DNA from: Squalus acanthias
Taxonomy: Eukaryota
Assembly (NCBI GenBank): GCA_030390025.1
Contig: CM059431.1
Location: 150,414,001 to 150,478,000 of the forward strand
Reading direction: 5' to 3'
DNA: 64,000 nucleotides
In this document: one piece after another, positions 12,501-26,340 of the stretch
Layout: every line of letters starts with the position of its first letter
Position numbering within the stretch: the first letter of the stretch is position 1
The notes under the pieces: model-generated
The model's database searches: none
The model's input: only the letters and a program-made list of their open reading frames with translations
What the model was told of the DNA's origin: nothing
Made by a program: the position numbers and the translations under genes

Positions 12501-15500
12501 GCTGGTGAGGGGTTCGAATCCCAAAAGTCACGAGCTGAAAGTCAAGTCTTGGCGTGGGAGGAGTGCAGCGCAGATTCACCAGAATGTTACCAGGGCTCCG
12601 AGGGTTAGGGGAGAGATTACATAAACGAGGCTTGTGTTCCGTGGAGTATTGACGGTTAAGGGGTGATATGATTGAGGTGTTTAGGATTTTGAAATTAATT
12701 GATGGGGTAGATAGAGAGAAACCTTTTCTGGTGGTGGGGGAGTATCGGACAAGGGGGACATAACCTTAAAATCAGAGCCAGGCCATTCGGGAGAGAAGTT
12801 GGGAAACACTTCACGCAAAGGGTGGTAGAAGTGTGGAACTCTCCCACAAAAAGCAGTAGACGCCGGCTCAATTAATAATTGTATGTCTGAAATCGATCGA
12901 TTTTTGCTAGCCGAGGGTATTAAGGGATATAGATCAAAGGCGGGTGAACCGAGTTAGGATACAGATCAGCCATGACTCGCGGAGCAGGTTCAAGGGGCTG
13001 AATGGCCTACTCCTGTTCCCGTGAGGTCACGCAATCCGCCCCTCCCCTCTCCTTAGGACCGCTCGCTTTGGTATCGAACTTGGGGCTGTCGACGTCATCA
13101 GATCAGATGGCCATCGTATCACCGACCAGGATATTGGACACTTTCTAAATGGTGATTAAACTAGGGACTGTAGAGGAACCAAGAGATTTAGCAGTCTAAA
13201 GTTCACCCATCATCCAGTGGACAAGTCCGACAAGCAATCAAAAAGCCCAAAGAAATGTTGACCTTGATCTCGAGGGCTGGAATACAAAGGGGAGGAAGTT
13301 ATGCTTCAGTTTGTGCAGAGCCTTGGTCAGACCCCATCGGGCGCACTGCGTTCAGTTCTGGGCACCTCACCTCACCTCACCTCAGGAAGGATATATTGGC
13401 TTTGGAGGGGGTGCAGCGCTGATTCACCAGAATGATACCGGGGCTGAAGAGGGTTAAATTATTCAGACAGGTTGCATAAACCTGGCTTGTATTCCCTTGA
13501 GTATAGAAAATTTAAGGGGTGATGTGGTCGAGGTGTTCAGTGTTAAAATGATTTGATAGGGTAGATAGTGAGAAACTATTTCCTCTGGTGGGGGAATCCA
13601 TATGGATTGAAATAAAAGATAAGGGATCGATCACGCTAATAGGGGTATGCAGTAGACCACCTAACAGTGGAGAGGAGGTGGAGGAAGAAATGTGTCGGCA
13701 AATATGTGAAATGAGTAAAGTAAATAGAATGATAATGAGAGATTTTAACGACCCCCAAATAAACTGGCGAGAGGGGTACAGGGAATGGAGATTTTAAAAC
13801 TTGTGCCGGCCTCCTTTCTCAACCAGTATGTAAAAGCCCAACAAGAGAGGGAGCACTGCTGGATCTAGTAATGGGGAATGAACCAGAACAGATAAGAGAA
13901 GCAAGCTTTGGGGAACATCTGGGCAATAGCGATCACAACATAAGGTTTAATATAAAGATTGAGAAGGACATAAGTAAGACCAAAGTAATAAATTGGAACA
14001 AAGCTGATTTTAAGGGGGTGAGAATGGAACTCGGGGAAAATAAACAGGAAAATTTACTGACAAACATAGAAATAGAACAGCAGGGGGAAACACTCAACGG
14101 TGATCAATTGAGTCCAGGAGAAGTATATCCCACTAAAGAGCAAGAACAAACTAGCCAGTAACGAGACACCGTGGATGAATAAAGAGATAAGGGTAACATC
14201 GAAACTAAAGAAAAAGGCAGAGACTAAGTACAGAGACAACAAAGGAGAGGATGGCAAAGGGAATATGAAAAGGTTAGGAAAGTAGACAGAAAAACTATTA
14301 GGAAGGCAAAGAGAAACTACAACATTAAATTATCAAGCATTATAAAATGAAAGTGTGAAGTATTCTACAGACACATGAATAACAAAAGAAAACTCAGGCT
14401 AGGGATCTGACCACGAAGGGATATGCAGTTAACTTGCCGGTAATGACGGCAAATGACAGAAATATGAAATAATTACTTTGCTTCATTAATTACCAGGGAG
14501 ACTGAAATGGTGGACATGACTGATCAAAAAAGATGCGAAGACATTTTAAGATAGAAAGTGGGGGAGATAATTGATAAACTAATCAAACTTAGAGTGGTCC
14601 GGATGGATTGCATCCCTGACTATTAAAAATAAGTTATGGAAGAGATAGCAGAGGCGCTATTACATATTTTTATAAAAATTCACTAAAGGGAATAGTGCCA
14701 GAGGGCTGGCGGACTGCTAATGTGATTCCTACATTTAAAAAGGGCGATAGAACAAGTCCAAGGAACTATAGAGCAATTAGCTTAATGCCGGTGGTAGGAA
14801 AGGTAATGGAATCCTTGCTTAAAAGATGTAATAGAAAAACATCTAGAAACTGAAAATATAATATAGTCAGCATAGATTTCAAAAGGGAAGGTCTTGCTTG
14901 ACTAACATTATTTGAAGAAGTAACAGAAAGGGTAGATGAGGGCAACGCAGTAGATGTAATATATTTGGATTTCCAAAAGGCTTTCGACAAGGTACTGCAC
15001 AGTAGACTCTTGACTAAGATCAGAGCATGTGGAGTCGGGACAAGTAGCAGAATGGCTAGCAAGCTGGTTATAAAATAGGAAAACGGAGAGTCGGGGCTAA
15101 AGGTAGTTTCTCAGGTTGGTAAATGGTGAAAAGTGGTGTTCCATGAGGATCTGTGCAGGGACCACTGTTGTTCACTATTGACATAAACGTTTCAGACTCT
15201 GGAATTGGAAGTACAATTTCAAAATTTGCAAATGACACCAATTTGGGGGGTGTAGTCAATAAAGAGGACTGTGACAAAATACAGGAAGACATCAATAAAC
15301 TTGCAGAATGGGCATGTTATTGGCAACTGAACTTCAATATAGAGAAGTGTGAGATGGTACGCTTTGTTAGGAAGAATAAGGATGCCACATACTCCTTGGA
15401 CAATAAGTGTATAAATGGGGTAGAGGAATCTGGGGGTACAGATGCACAAATCCCTAAAAGTAGCGACGCAGGTTAATAAGGCTATTCTAAAAAAACAAAC

Positions 15501-18500
15501 AAAGCATAGGGTTCATTTCTAGAGGAATAGAATTGAAAAGTTATGTTAAGTTTGTGTCGAACCTTGGTTAGGCTGCACTTGGAGTACTGTGAGCAGTTCT
15601 GGTCTCCATATTATAAAAAGGATACTGAGGCACTGGAGAAGGTGCAAAAAAGATTTACGAGAATGATATCAGAACTGAGGTTGTACCTGTCAGGAAAGAT
15701 TGAACAGGCTGGGGCTTTTTTCCTCTAGAAAAGAGAAGACTGAGGGGTGACCTGATCGAGGTTTTCAAGATTATGCAAGGGTTCGATAGGGTAGATGTAG
15801 AGAAGATGTTTCCACTTGTGGGGGAGACCAGAACTAAGGGGCCATAAATATAAGATCGTCACTAATAAATCCAATCGGGAATTCAGGAGAAACTTCTTTA
15901 CCCAGAGAGTGGTGAGAACGTGGAACTCGCTACCACAGGGAGTGGTTGAGGTGAATAGTATAGGTGCATTTAAGGGGAAGCTTGATAAGCACATGAGGGA
16001 GAAAGGAATAGAAGGATATGCTGATGGGGTGAGATGAAGAGGGGTGGGAGGAGGCTTGTGTGGAGCATAAACACTGGCATGGACCTCACAGAGTCACAGA
16101 GTGCGTTTCAAGTGCTCATCTTAATGCTTCTTGAATGTTGAGGGTTCCTGCCTCTACCACCCTTTCAGGCAGTGAGTTCCAGATTCCGACCACCCTCTGG
16201 GTGAAAAAGTTTTTCCTCAAATCCCCTCTAAACCTCCTGCCCCTTACCTTGAAACTATGCCCCCTGGTTATTGACCCCTCTAAGGGGAAAAGTTCCTTTC
16301 TATCTACCCTATCTATGCCCCTCATAATTTTGTACACCTCAATCAGGTCCCCCCTCAGCCTTCTCTGCTCTGAGGAAAACAACCCCAGCCTGTCCAGTCT
16401 CTCTTCATAGCTGAAGCGCTCCAGCCCAAGTAACATCCTGGTGAATCTCCTCTTCACCCTCTCAAATGCAATCACATCCTTCCTATAGTGTGGCGACCAG
16501 AACTGCACACAGTATTCCAGCTGTGGCCTAACTAGCGTTTTGTACAGCTCCATCATAACCTCCCTGCTCTTATATTCTGTGCCTCGGCTAATGAAGGCAA
16601 GTATCCCATATGCTTTTTTAACCACCTTATCTACCTGTCCATGTGCCTTCAGGGATCTATGTACATGCACATGCAAGGTCCCTCTGATCCTCTGTCCTTC
16701 CTAGGGTCCTACCATTCATTGTGTATTCCCTTGCCTTGTTAGTCCTCCCAAAATGCATCACCTCACACTTTTCAGGGTTAAATTCCATTTGCCACTGTTC
16801 TGCCCATCTGACCGACCAACCCGTCTGTATCGTCCTGTAGACTGAGGCTTCCCTCCTCACTATTTACCACTCCACCAATTTTCGTGTCTCTGCGAACTTA
16901 CTGATCATACCTCCTATATTCATATCTAAATCATTAATGTGCACTACAAACAGCAAAGGACCCAGCACCGATCCCTGCGGTACACCACTGGACACAGGCT
17001 TCCGGTCACAAAAACAACCTTCGACCATCACCCTCTGCCTCCTGCCATGAAGCCAATTTGGGCCGAATGGCCTGTTTCTGTGCTGTAAATGCTACGTAAA
17101 GGAGGCCTATTCTTAAATTTAGAGCCAGGCCATTCGGGGGCGATGTCGGGAAGCACTTCTTCACACAAAGGGTAGTGGAAATCTGGAACTCTCTTCCCTC
17201 CTAAAAGGCTGTTGATGCTGAGGGTCAATTGGAGCAGCGAAGACCGAGAGATCGATTTTTGATAGGCAAGGGTATAAAGGAACAAATTAAATTTAGGTGC
17301 AGATCAGTCATGATATAATAGCATGTCCCGAGTGGCTGACGGGCCTGTTCTTGCGACTGCGCTTAACCTGCCCCAGTGTCCTTCATTTTTAATCAAATGT
17401 TTCCCGAAACGGTCTTTCCAGTGTTTCGGGATTTGACGTTGCATGTTCCCAGGTCTGAGCCTGTCGCAGTTTTCATGCGTGTCTGTTCCCTGTGTGACCC
17501 CTTCCCCTCCTCCTCCTCCTCCCTCTTTCCCCCCCCCCCCTCTCCGTCCACACCCCCCCAGGCACAGGGCTGCTGTTCTTGTTTTTTAGAGTGTCTGTCA
17601 GTGGAGAGGAAAGTCAGGAATGGAGCGGAGATTGACCAGACTTGAGAGGCACAGGAAGGGAGTTGAGCTGGGGAAGGAGCAGGAGGCAAATGGAGAGTTG
17701 ATAGAGAGAGAGAAAGAGAAAAGAGGAGGACAAAAAAAAAGGAAGCGCTCGAGTGGATAGCAAGACTCTCAGAACAGACGATGACAGACAGGCTCAGCCT
17801 CGTAGACAATGGAGGTATACGGAAACTGTGCGTGTGGGGGGTGTGTGTGTGTCTGAGCCAGCCAGAATAGCAATATTCAGACAGTCCCGTGTCCTAAGTG
17901 CTGCTCTTCATCGCTCACTCTCTTATTCGCTTTGAACCCTCCATCCTTCCTTTGTGGCTGGCTCTTGCTCCTTATCTCCGCTTCCCCTCTCCCCACCCCC
18001 CTCTCCCCCGTCCTGTCCTGCCCCCCTCTCCGTTTTTGCTCTTTTCCCCGCCTCTTCCGCCTTCCCCGGTGCGCGCCCCCCCCCCCCCCCCCAAGACCCG
18101 TGTCCTCCTCACAGCCCTCCGCACCCCCCCTTCTCTCTCCCCCCCCCCCTCGGCCCCAGTCCTCTCGGCGCCCCCCCCCACCCTCGGCCCCAGTCCTCTC
18201 GGCGCCCCCCCCCCCCCCCCCCTCAGTCCCCTCGGGCCCCTCGGCCCCCCCCCCCTTCAGTCCCCTCGGCCCCCCCCCCCTTCAGTCCCCTCGGCCCGTC
18301 CCCTTGGCCCCCCCCCCCCCCTTCAGTCCCCTCGGCCCATCCCCTTGGCCCCCCCCCCCCTTCAGTCCCCTCGGCCCGTCCCCTTGGCCCCCCCCCCCCC
18401 TCAGTCCCCTCGGGCCCCCCCCTCGGCCCCAGTCCCCTCGGGCCCCCCTCCCCCTCAGTCCCCTCGGGGGCCCCCCCCTCAGTCCCCTCGGGGGCCCCCC

Positions 18501-21500
18501 CCTCTGTCCCCTCGGCCCCCCACCCTCGGCCAGTCCCCTCGGCCCCCCCCCTCAGTACCCTCGGGGTCTCCCCCCCACCTCAGTCCCCTCGGGTCTCCTC
18601 GGCCCCCCCCCCCCTCAGTCCCCTCGGCCCCTCCCTCGGCCAGTCCCCTCGGCCCTCGGCGGCCCCCCCAGTCCCCTCGGGGGCCCCCCCCCCCAGTCCC
18701 CTCGGGCCCCCCCCCCCCAGTCCCCTCGGGCCCCCCCCCCCCCCAGTCCCCTCGGGGCCCCCCCCCCCCAGTCCCCTCGGGGCCCCCCCCCCCCAGTCCC
18801 CTCGGCCCTCGGGCCCCCCAGTCCCCTCGGGCCGTCCCCCCGGGCCCCCCCTAGTCCTCTCGGCCCCTCCCCCCTCAGTCCCCCCCTCGGCCTCGGCCCC
18901 CCCGCCCCCCTCTGCCGCCCACCCCCTCTCACCCTGTCCGGCTCTCCCTCTCCTCCCGTCGGACAACTCTTGTAACCGGAGAAGCTGGGGTTGTTCTCCG
19001 AGCAGAGAAGGTTCAGGGGAGATTTATTCCAGGCGTTCAAACTCACGAATGGGCTTTGATAGAGTAAACGAGGAGACTCTGTTTCCAGTGCGGTAACCAG
19101 AGGACACAGAGTTAAGGTAATTGGCAAAAGAACCAGTGGAGAATATATTTTTACGCAGGGAGTCGTTGTGATCTGGAACGCGCTGCCTGAAAGGACGGTG
19201 GAAGCAGATTCAATAGTAACTTTCAAAAGGCAATTGGATAAATACTTAAAGGGGAGAAAATTGCCGGGCTGTGGGGAAGGAGCAGGGGGCAGTGGGACCA
19301 ATTGGATCGCTCTTTCACAGAGCCAGCACAGGCAGGGTGGGCCGAACGGCTGCCTCCAGTGCTGTGTCATCCTGTGACCTCTGACTCAACTCTCTTTTCC
19401 TCGTCTCTTGCTCCCCAGACCCTGGAAGATCCGCTGTCCAGCACCAGCACCAGCACCAGCACCCTGGAATCGACCAGCAAGGAGGTGGTAATCAAGGGCA
19501 ACCGGAGGAACCGCATTCCCGACAAACCCAACTACAGCCTCAACCTCTGGAGCATCATGAAGAACTGCATCGGAAAGGAGCTGTCCAAAATCCCAATGCC
19601 TGTGAGTACGGCGCCGAAGCAGGGGTAAAGTGGCTCTCTGTCACGATACGGGCTTCGGGCACAGCGTCAGGGCACAGGGCACTCGCCGGGGATCCACAGC
19701 TACGCCCGGGTCTGATACACTGGGAGTGACGTACACTGGGTGTGAATGGGATGGAGTCTGGTACACGGAGTGAATGGGATGGGGTCTGGTACACTGGGTG
19801 TGACGTAGACTGGGAGTGAGGGAGATGGGGTCTGGTACACTGGGTGTGATGTACACTGGGAGTGAGGGAGATGGGGTCAGTACACGGTGTGACGTAGACT
19901 GGGAGTGTGGGAGATGGGGTCTGGTACACTGGGTGTGAGGGAGACTGGGAGTGAGGGAGAGGGGGTCTGGTACACTGGGTGTACGTAGACTGGGAGTGAG
20001 GGAGAGGGGGTCTGGTACACTGGTTGTGATGTAGACTGGGAGTGAGGGAGATGGGGTCAGTACACGGTGTGACGTAGACTGGGAGTGAGGGAGAGGGGGT
20101 CTGGTACACTGGTTGTGATGTAGACTGGGAGAGGGGGTCTGGTACACTGGGTGTACGTAGACTGGGAGTGAGGGAGAGGGGGTCTGGTACACTGGGAGTG
20201 ATGTAGACTGGGAGTGAAGGAGATGGGGTCTGGTACACTGGGTGTGACGTAGACTGGGAGTGAAGGAGATGGGGTCTGGTACACTGGGTGTACGTAGACT
20301 GGGAGTGAGGGAGAGGGGGTCTGGTACACTGGGTGTGATGTAGACTGGGAGTGAGGGAGAGGGTCTGGTACACTGGGTGTGACGTAGACTGGGAGTGAGG
20401 GAGATGGGGTCTGGTACACTGGGAGTGATGTTGACTGGGAGTGAGGGAGAGGGGGTCTGGTACACTGGGTGTGACGTAGACTGGGAGTGAGGGAGATGGG
20501 GTCTGGTACACTGGGAGTGAGGGAGACTGGGAGTGAGGGAGATGGGGTCTGGTACACTGGGAGTGAGGGAGAGGGGGTCTGGTACACTGGGTGTGACGTA
20601 GACTGGGAGTGAGGGAGATGGGGTCTGGTACACTGGGTGTGACGTAGACTGGGAGTGAGGGAGATGGGGTCTGGTACACTGGGAGTGAGGGAGACTGGGA
20701 GTGAGGGAGATGGGGTCTGGTACACTGGGAGTGAGGGAGGGGGGGTCTGGTACACTGGGAGTGAGGGAGAGGGGGTCTGGTACACTGGGTGTGACGTAGA
20801 CTGGGAGTGAGGGAGATGGGGTCTGGTACACTGGGTGTGATGTAGACTGGGAGTGAGGGAGATGGGGTCTGGTACACTNNNNNNNNNNNNNNNNNNNNNN
20901 NNNNNNNNNNNNNNNNNNNNNNNNNNNNNNNNNNNNNNNNNNNNNNNNNNNNNNNNNNNNNNNNNNNNNNNNNNNNNNNNNNNNNNNNNNNNNNNNNNNN
21001 NNNNNNNNNNNNNNNNNNNNNNNNNNNNNNNNNNNNNNNNNNNNNNNNNNNNNNNNNNNNNNNNNNNNNNNNNNNNNNTACACTGGGTGTGACATAGACT
21101 GGGAGTGAGGGAGAGGGGGTCTGGTACACTGGGTCTGCCGTAGACTGGGAGTGAGGGAGAGAGGGTCTGGTACACTGGGGGTGATGTAGACTGGGAGTGA
21201 GGGAGAGGGGGTCTGGTACACTGGGAGTGATGTGGAGTGAGGGAGAGGGGGTCTGGTACACTGGGAGTGATGTGGAGTGACGGAGAGGGGGTCTGGTACA
21301 CTGGGAGTGATGTGGAGTGACGGAGAGGGGGTCTGGTACACTGGGAGTGATGTGGAGTGAGGGAGAGGGGGTCTGGTACACTGGGAGTGATGTGGAGTGA
21401 GGGAGAGGGGGTCTGGTACACTGGGTCTGCCGTAGACTGGGAGTGAGGGAGAGGGGGTCTGGTACACTGGGTCTGCCGTAGACTGGGAGTGAGGGAGACG

Positions 21501-24500
21501 GGGTCTGGTACACTGGGGGTGATGTAGACTGGGAGTGAGGGAGATGGGGTCTGGTACAGAGGGATCTGTATACACACAGTGAAAGGGATGGGGTTTGCTA
21601 CACTGGATAGTTATGTACAAGTTGAATTGATATAGACTGTGCCGGTTTCTAATTCTGCCCTCGGGGCTTTCTCCGTTGCGACACTCCCCCCCTCGCAGGT
21701 TAACTTTAACGAGCCCCTGTCGATGCTCCAGCGGTTAACGGAGGACCTGGAATATCACGAGCTCCTGGACAGGGCCTCCAAGTGCGACAGTGCCTTAGAG
21801 CAGCTGTGCTATGTGGCTGCATTCACCGTGTCCTCGTACTCTACCACCGTCTTCCGAACAGGAAAGCCTTTCAACCCCTTGCTCGGGGAGACCTTTGAAC
21901 TGGACAGGCTGGAAGATGAGGGCTTCCGGTCCATTTGTGAGCAGGTGAATCTACAGCCGCCTTCCCATTCCCCCTCACTGTTGTCTGGGGCTTCTCGAAC
22001 ACGAGAACTCGGAGTAGGCCTCGAGCCTGGAAAGAAAGAAAGGCTTGCATTTCTATAGCGCCTTTCACGATGTCTGCATGTCCCAAAGTGCGCAGTACTT
22101 TTAGAAGCACAGTCACTGTTGAAACGCGGCAGCCAATTTGCGCACATCAAGTTCCCGCAAAGATCAATGTGATAATGCCCAGATAACTTTTTTTTTTAAG
22201 TGATATTGATTGAGGGGCTAATATTGGGCCAGGACACCGGGCAGAATGCGCCCCTGCTGCTCTTCGAACTAGTTGCCCGTGGGATTTTTGACGTCCACCT
22301 GAGAGAGAGTAGACGGGGCTTCGGTGCGACGTCTCATCCGAAAGACGGCACCTCCGACCGTGCAGCTCCCCCTCGGTGAGTGCCGGCCTAGATTTTTTTT
22401 TGTGCGCAAGTCTCTGGAGTGGTAACCCGCAGCCTTCTGACTCCGAGGCGAGCGTGCTATCCCAATGAGCCACGGATGACACTAGAAATCAAGAAATCCG
22501 AGCAGGAGTAGGCCCTTCGATCCTGCTCTGCCATTCGATAAGATCATGGCTGATAATCTACCTGAACGCCACTCTCCTCGCCCTATCCCCATATTGGATG
22601 CCAGACATTTGAGTTTAGCGTCGCTGGTCGAGTGGACCGTGAGTTCCTTATAATCCGGAGCGCACTTTTCACTGTCCAAAATCTAGGTGAACAATGCCAG
22701 GGCACGTAACGGAGCTTGACTTGTATACTGGGTGCTGGAATTAAACGTGTAGCTCCCCTCTCTTTCCGGAGGTTAGGCTGTAGTCAGCGGAGTTCAGCGA
22801 AGATTCACAAGGCTGATACCTGGGATGGCAGGAATGATGTATGAAGAGAGATTGGGTCGATTGGACTTATACTCGCTGGAGTTTAGAAGAATGAGAGGGG
22901 ATCTCATTGAAACTTATAAAATTCTGACAGGACAGGACAAACTCGATGCAGGAAGAATGTTCCCGATGGTCGGGGAGTCCAGAACCAGGGGTCACAGTCT
23001 AAGGATAACGGGTAAGCCATTTAGGACAGAAATGAGGAGGAATTTCTTCACCCAGAGAGTGGTGAACCTGTGGAATTCTCTACCACAGAAGATAGTTGAG
23101 GCCAATTCATTAAATATATTCAAGAAGGAGTTGGATATATTTCTTAAGGCTAAAGGGATATGGGGAGAAGGCAGGTACAGGGTACTGAGTTTGGATGATC
23201 AGCCATGATCGCATTGAATGGCGGAGCAGGCTCGAGGGGCTGAATGGCCTGCTCCTGCTCCTATCTTCTGTTTCTATGATTCTAGTCCTCGCTTCACAGG
23301 GATGAGGTGTAGCTGCGGCCTATTAACTGGGTAACTTTGATCAAAGGAAGAAGGGAGTTGCGTGTATACAGCGCCTTTCACCAGCTCCGGATCCCTCGGT
23401 CAACAGCAGCTGAAAAGCAGGTGAACCGGTCACGATCACGTCGCTGTTTGCGGGAGCTTGCTGTGCGCAAATTGGCTGCCGCGTTTCCGACATCACAACA
23501 GTGACCGCACGTCAAAAGGTACTTCATTGGCTGCAAAGTGCTTTGGGACAACAGCGCCTTTTAACGTCCCAAAAACGTCCCGAGGTACTTCACCAGGTGC
23601 GTTAATCAGACAAAAATTTGACACCGAGCCACATGAGATATTAGGACAGGTGACCAAAAGCTTGGTCAAAGAGGTAGGATTTAAGGAGGAGAAAAGAAAG
23701 GTAGAGGTGTTCACGGAGGGGAATTCCAGAGCTTGGGGCCGAGGCGCATGAAGGCACGGCCGCCAATGTTGGAGCGATTGGAAATTGGGAGATGGGCAGG
23801 AGGCCAGAATTGCAGGAGCGCAGAGCTCTCCGAAGGTTGAAACATAGGAGATACTGAGGGGGCTCGACAAGGCAGCTGCAGAGAGGACGTTTCCCCTCGT
23901 GGGGAGATCTAGAACTCGGGGGGCATAGTTTCAGAATAAAGGGTCGCCCTTTTAGAACTGAGATGAGGAGGAATTCTTCTCTGAGGGTCGTAAATCTGTG
24001 GAATTCTCTGCCCCAGAGAGCTGTGGAGGCTGGGTCATGAAATACATTGAAGGTGGAGATAGACAGATTTTTGCAAGATAAGGGAGTGAAGGGTTATGGG
24101 GAGCGGGCAGGGAAGTGGCTTTGAGCCCAAGATCAGCCATGATCTTATTGAATGGCGGAGCAGGCCGGAGGGGCCAAGTGGCCTATTCCTGCTCCTATTT
24201 CTTATGTTATGTTGTAGAGCTGGAGGAGGTTACAGAGTTAAGGGATGGGTGGGGGGGCGAGGGCCCGAGAGGGATTTGAAAATAAGACCGAGTTTTAAAA
24301 TCGAAGCATTGCCGGAGCGGGAGCCCGAAGCAGGCCAGCGAACGGACTCCGATCAAAGCTGAAGTACTTCTGGCTTTGTTCAGAGTGGGGTGGTCACGGG
24401 AGATCTGGTAACCGGTGAAGGGAAGCTCACTCTAACTGAAGCCCGCGGGGCCCCCTGTTAGGACGCGGGGTTGACCTGTCGCCAGGAGGAGGCACTGATT

Positions 24501-24839
24501 GGATCGTTTCGGGGGAGGGTGTAATGTTTTTAACGGTGTGCTGCTTTGAACCCCCTCCCCAGGTCAGCCACCACCCTCCGGCCGCTGCCCATCACGCCGA
24601 GTCCAAGAATGGCTGGGCACTGCGCCAGGAGATAGCCATCGCCAGCAAGTTCCGAGGCAAATACCTGTCCATCATGCCCCTGGGTAAGTGTGCCAGTGAT
24701 TCACCAGCTGGGCAACAATCCCAGCTTGCTGTGTGGGTGGTTTTTAAAAAAAAAATATCATTCATTATATTCCTTCTCCGGTCGTGGGCATTGCTGGCAA
24801 AGCCAGCATTTATGGGGTCAGACTGGGTAAGGACCGGAG

Positions 24840-24910
<71 letters not shown>

Positions 24911-24967
24911 CCCGGACTGGGTAAGGACTGGAGTTACCTATAGTCCCAGACTGGGTAAGGACCGGAG

Positions 24968-25013
<46 letters not shown>

Positions 25014-25167
25014 AGACACAGACACAGACACAGACACACAGGCCCGGACTGGGTAAGGATTGGAGTCACCTGTAGTCCCAGACTGGGTAAGGATTGGAGT
25101 CACCTGTAGTCCCAGACTGGGTAAGGACTGGAGTCACCTGTAGTCCCAGACTAGGTAAGGACCGGAG

Positions 25168-25215
<48 letters not shown>

Positions 25216-25933
25216 AGACACAGACACACAGGCCCGGACTGGGTAAGGATTGGAGTCACCTGTAGTCCCAGACTGGGTAAGGATTGGAGTCACCTGTAGT
25301 CCCAGACTGGGTAAGGACTGGAGTCACACATGGTCCCAGACTAGGTAAGGACTGGAGTCACCTGTAGTCCCAGACTGGGTAAGGATTGGAGTCACCTGTA
25401 GTCCCAGACTGGGTAAGGATTGGAGTCACCTGTAGTCCCAGACTGGGTAAGGACTGGAGTCACCTGTAGTCCCAGACTAGGTAAGGACCAGAGTCACCTA
25501 TAGTCCCAGACTAGGTAAGGACCGGAGTCACACATAGTCCCATACTGGGTAAGGACTGGAGTCTCACATAGTTCCAGACTTGGTAAGGACCGGAGTCTCA
25601 CATAGTCCCAGACTGGGTAAGGACCGGAGTCACACATAGTCCCAGACTGGGTAAGGACCGGAGTCACACATAGTCCCAGACTGGGTAAGGACCGGAGTCA
25701 CACATAGTCCCAGACTGGGTAAGGACCGGAGTCACACATAGTCCCAGACTGGGTAAGGACTGGAGTCTCACATAGTTCCAGACTGGGTAAGGACCGGAGT
25801 CTCACATAGTTCCAGACTGGGTAAGGACCGGAGTCTCACACAGACAGGCCCGGACTGGAGTCTCAGACACACACACAGGCCCGGACTGGAGTCTCAGACA
25901 CACACACACACAGGCCCGGACTGGAGTCTCACA

Positions 25934-25977
<44 letters not shown>

Positions 25978-25996
25978 CCCGGACTGGAGTCTCACA

Positions 25997-26046
<50 letters not shown>

Positions 26047-26131
26047 CCCGGACTGGAGTCTCAGACACACACACACACAGGCCCGGACTGGAGTCTCACA
26101 CACACACACACAGGCCCGGACTGGAGTCTCA

Positions 26132-26171
<40 letters not shown>

Positions 26172-26225
26172 CCCGGACTGGAGTCTCACACACACACACA
26201 GGCCCGGACTGGAGTCTCACACTCA

Positions 26226-26289
<64 letters not shown>

Positions 26290-26302
26290 CCCGGACTGGA
26301 GT

Positions 26303-26340
<38 letters not shown>

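Noticed and set aside
17898..19096. Pro-rich ORFs of 318-380 aa in all three + frames
   Set aside because: Translations of a C-rich tandem array; open in every frame because the repeat lacks stop codons.
19555..21620. Minus-strand ORFs of 500-660 aa
   Set aside because: Minisatellite read-through spanning an N gap, antisense within an OSBP intron.
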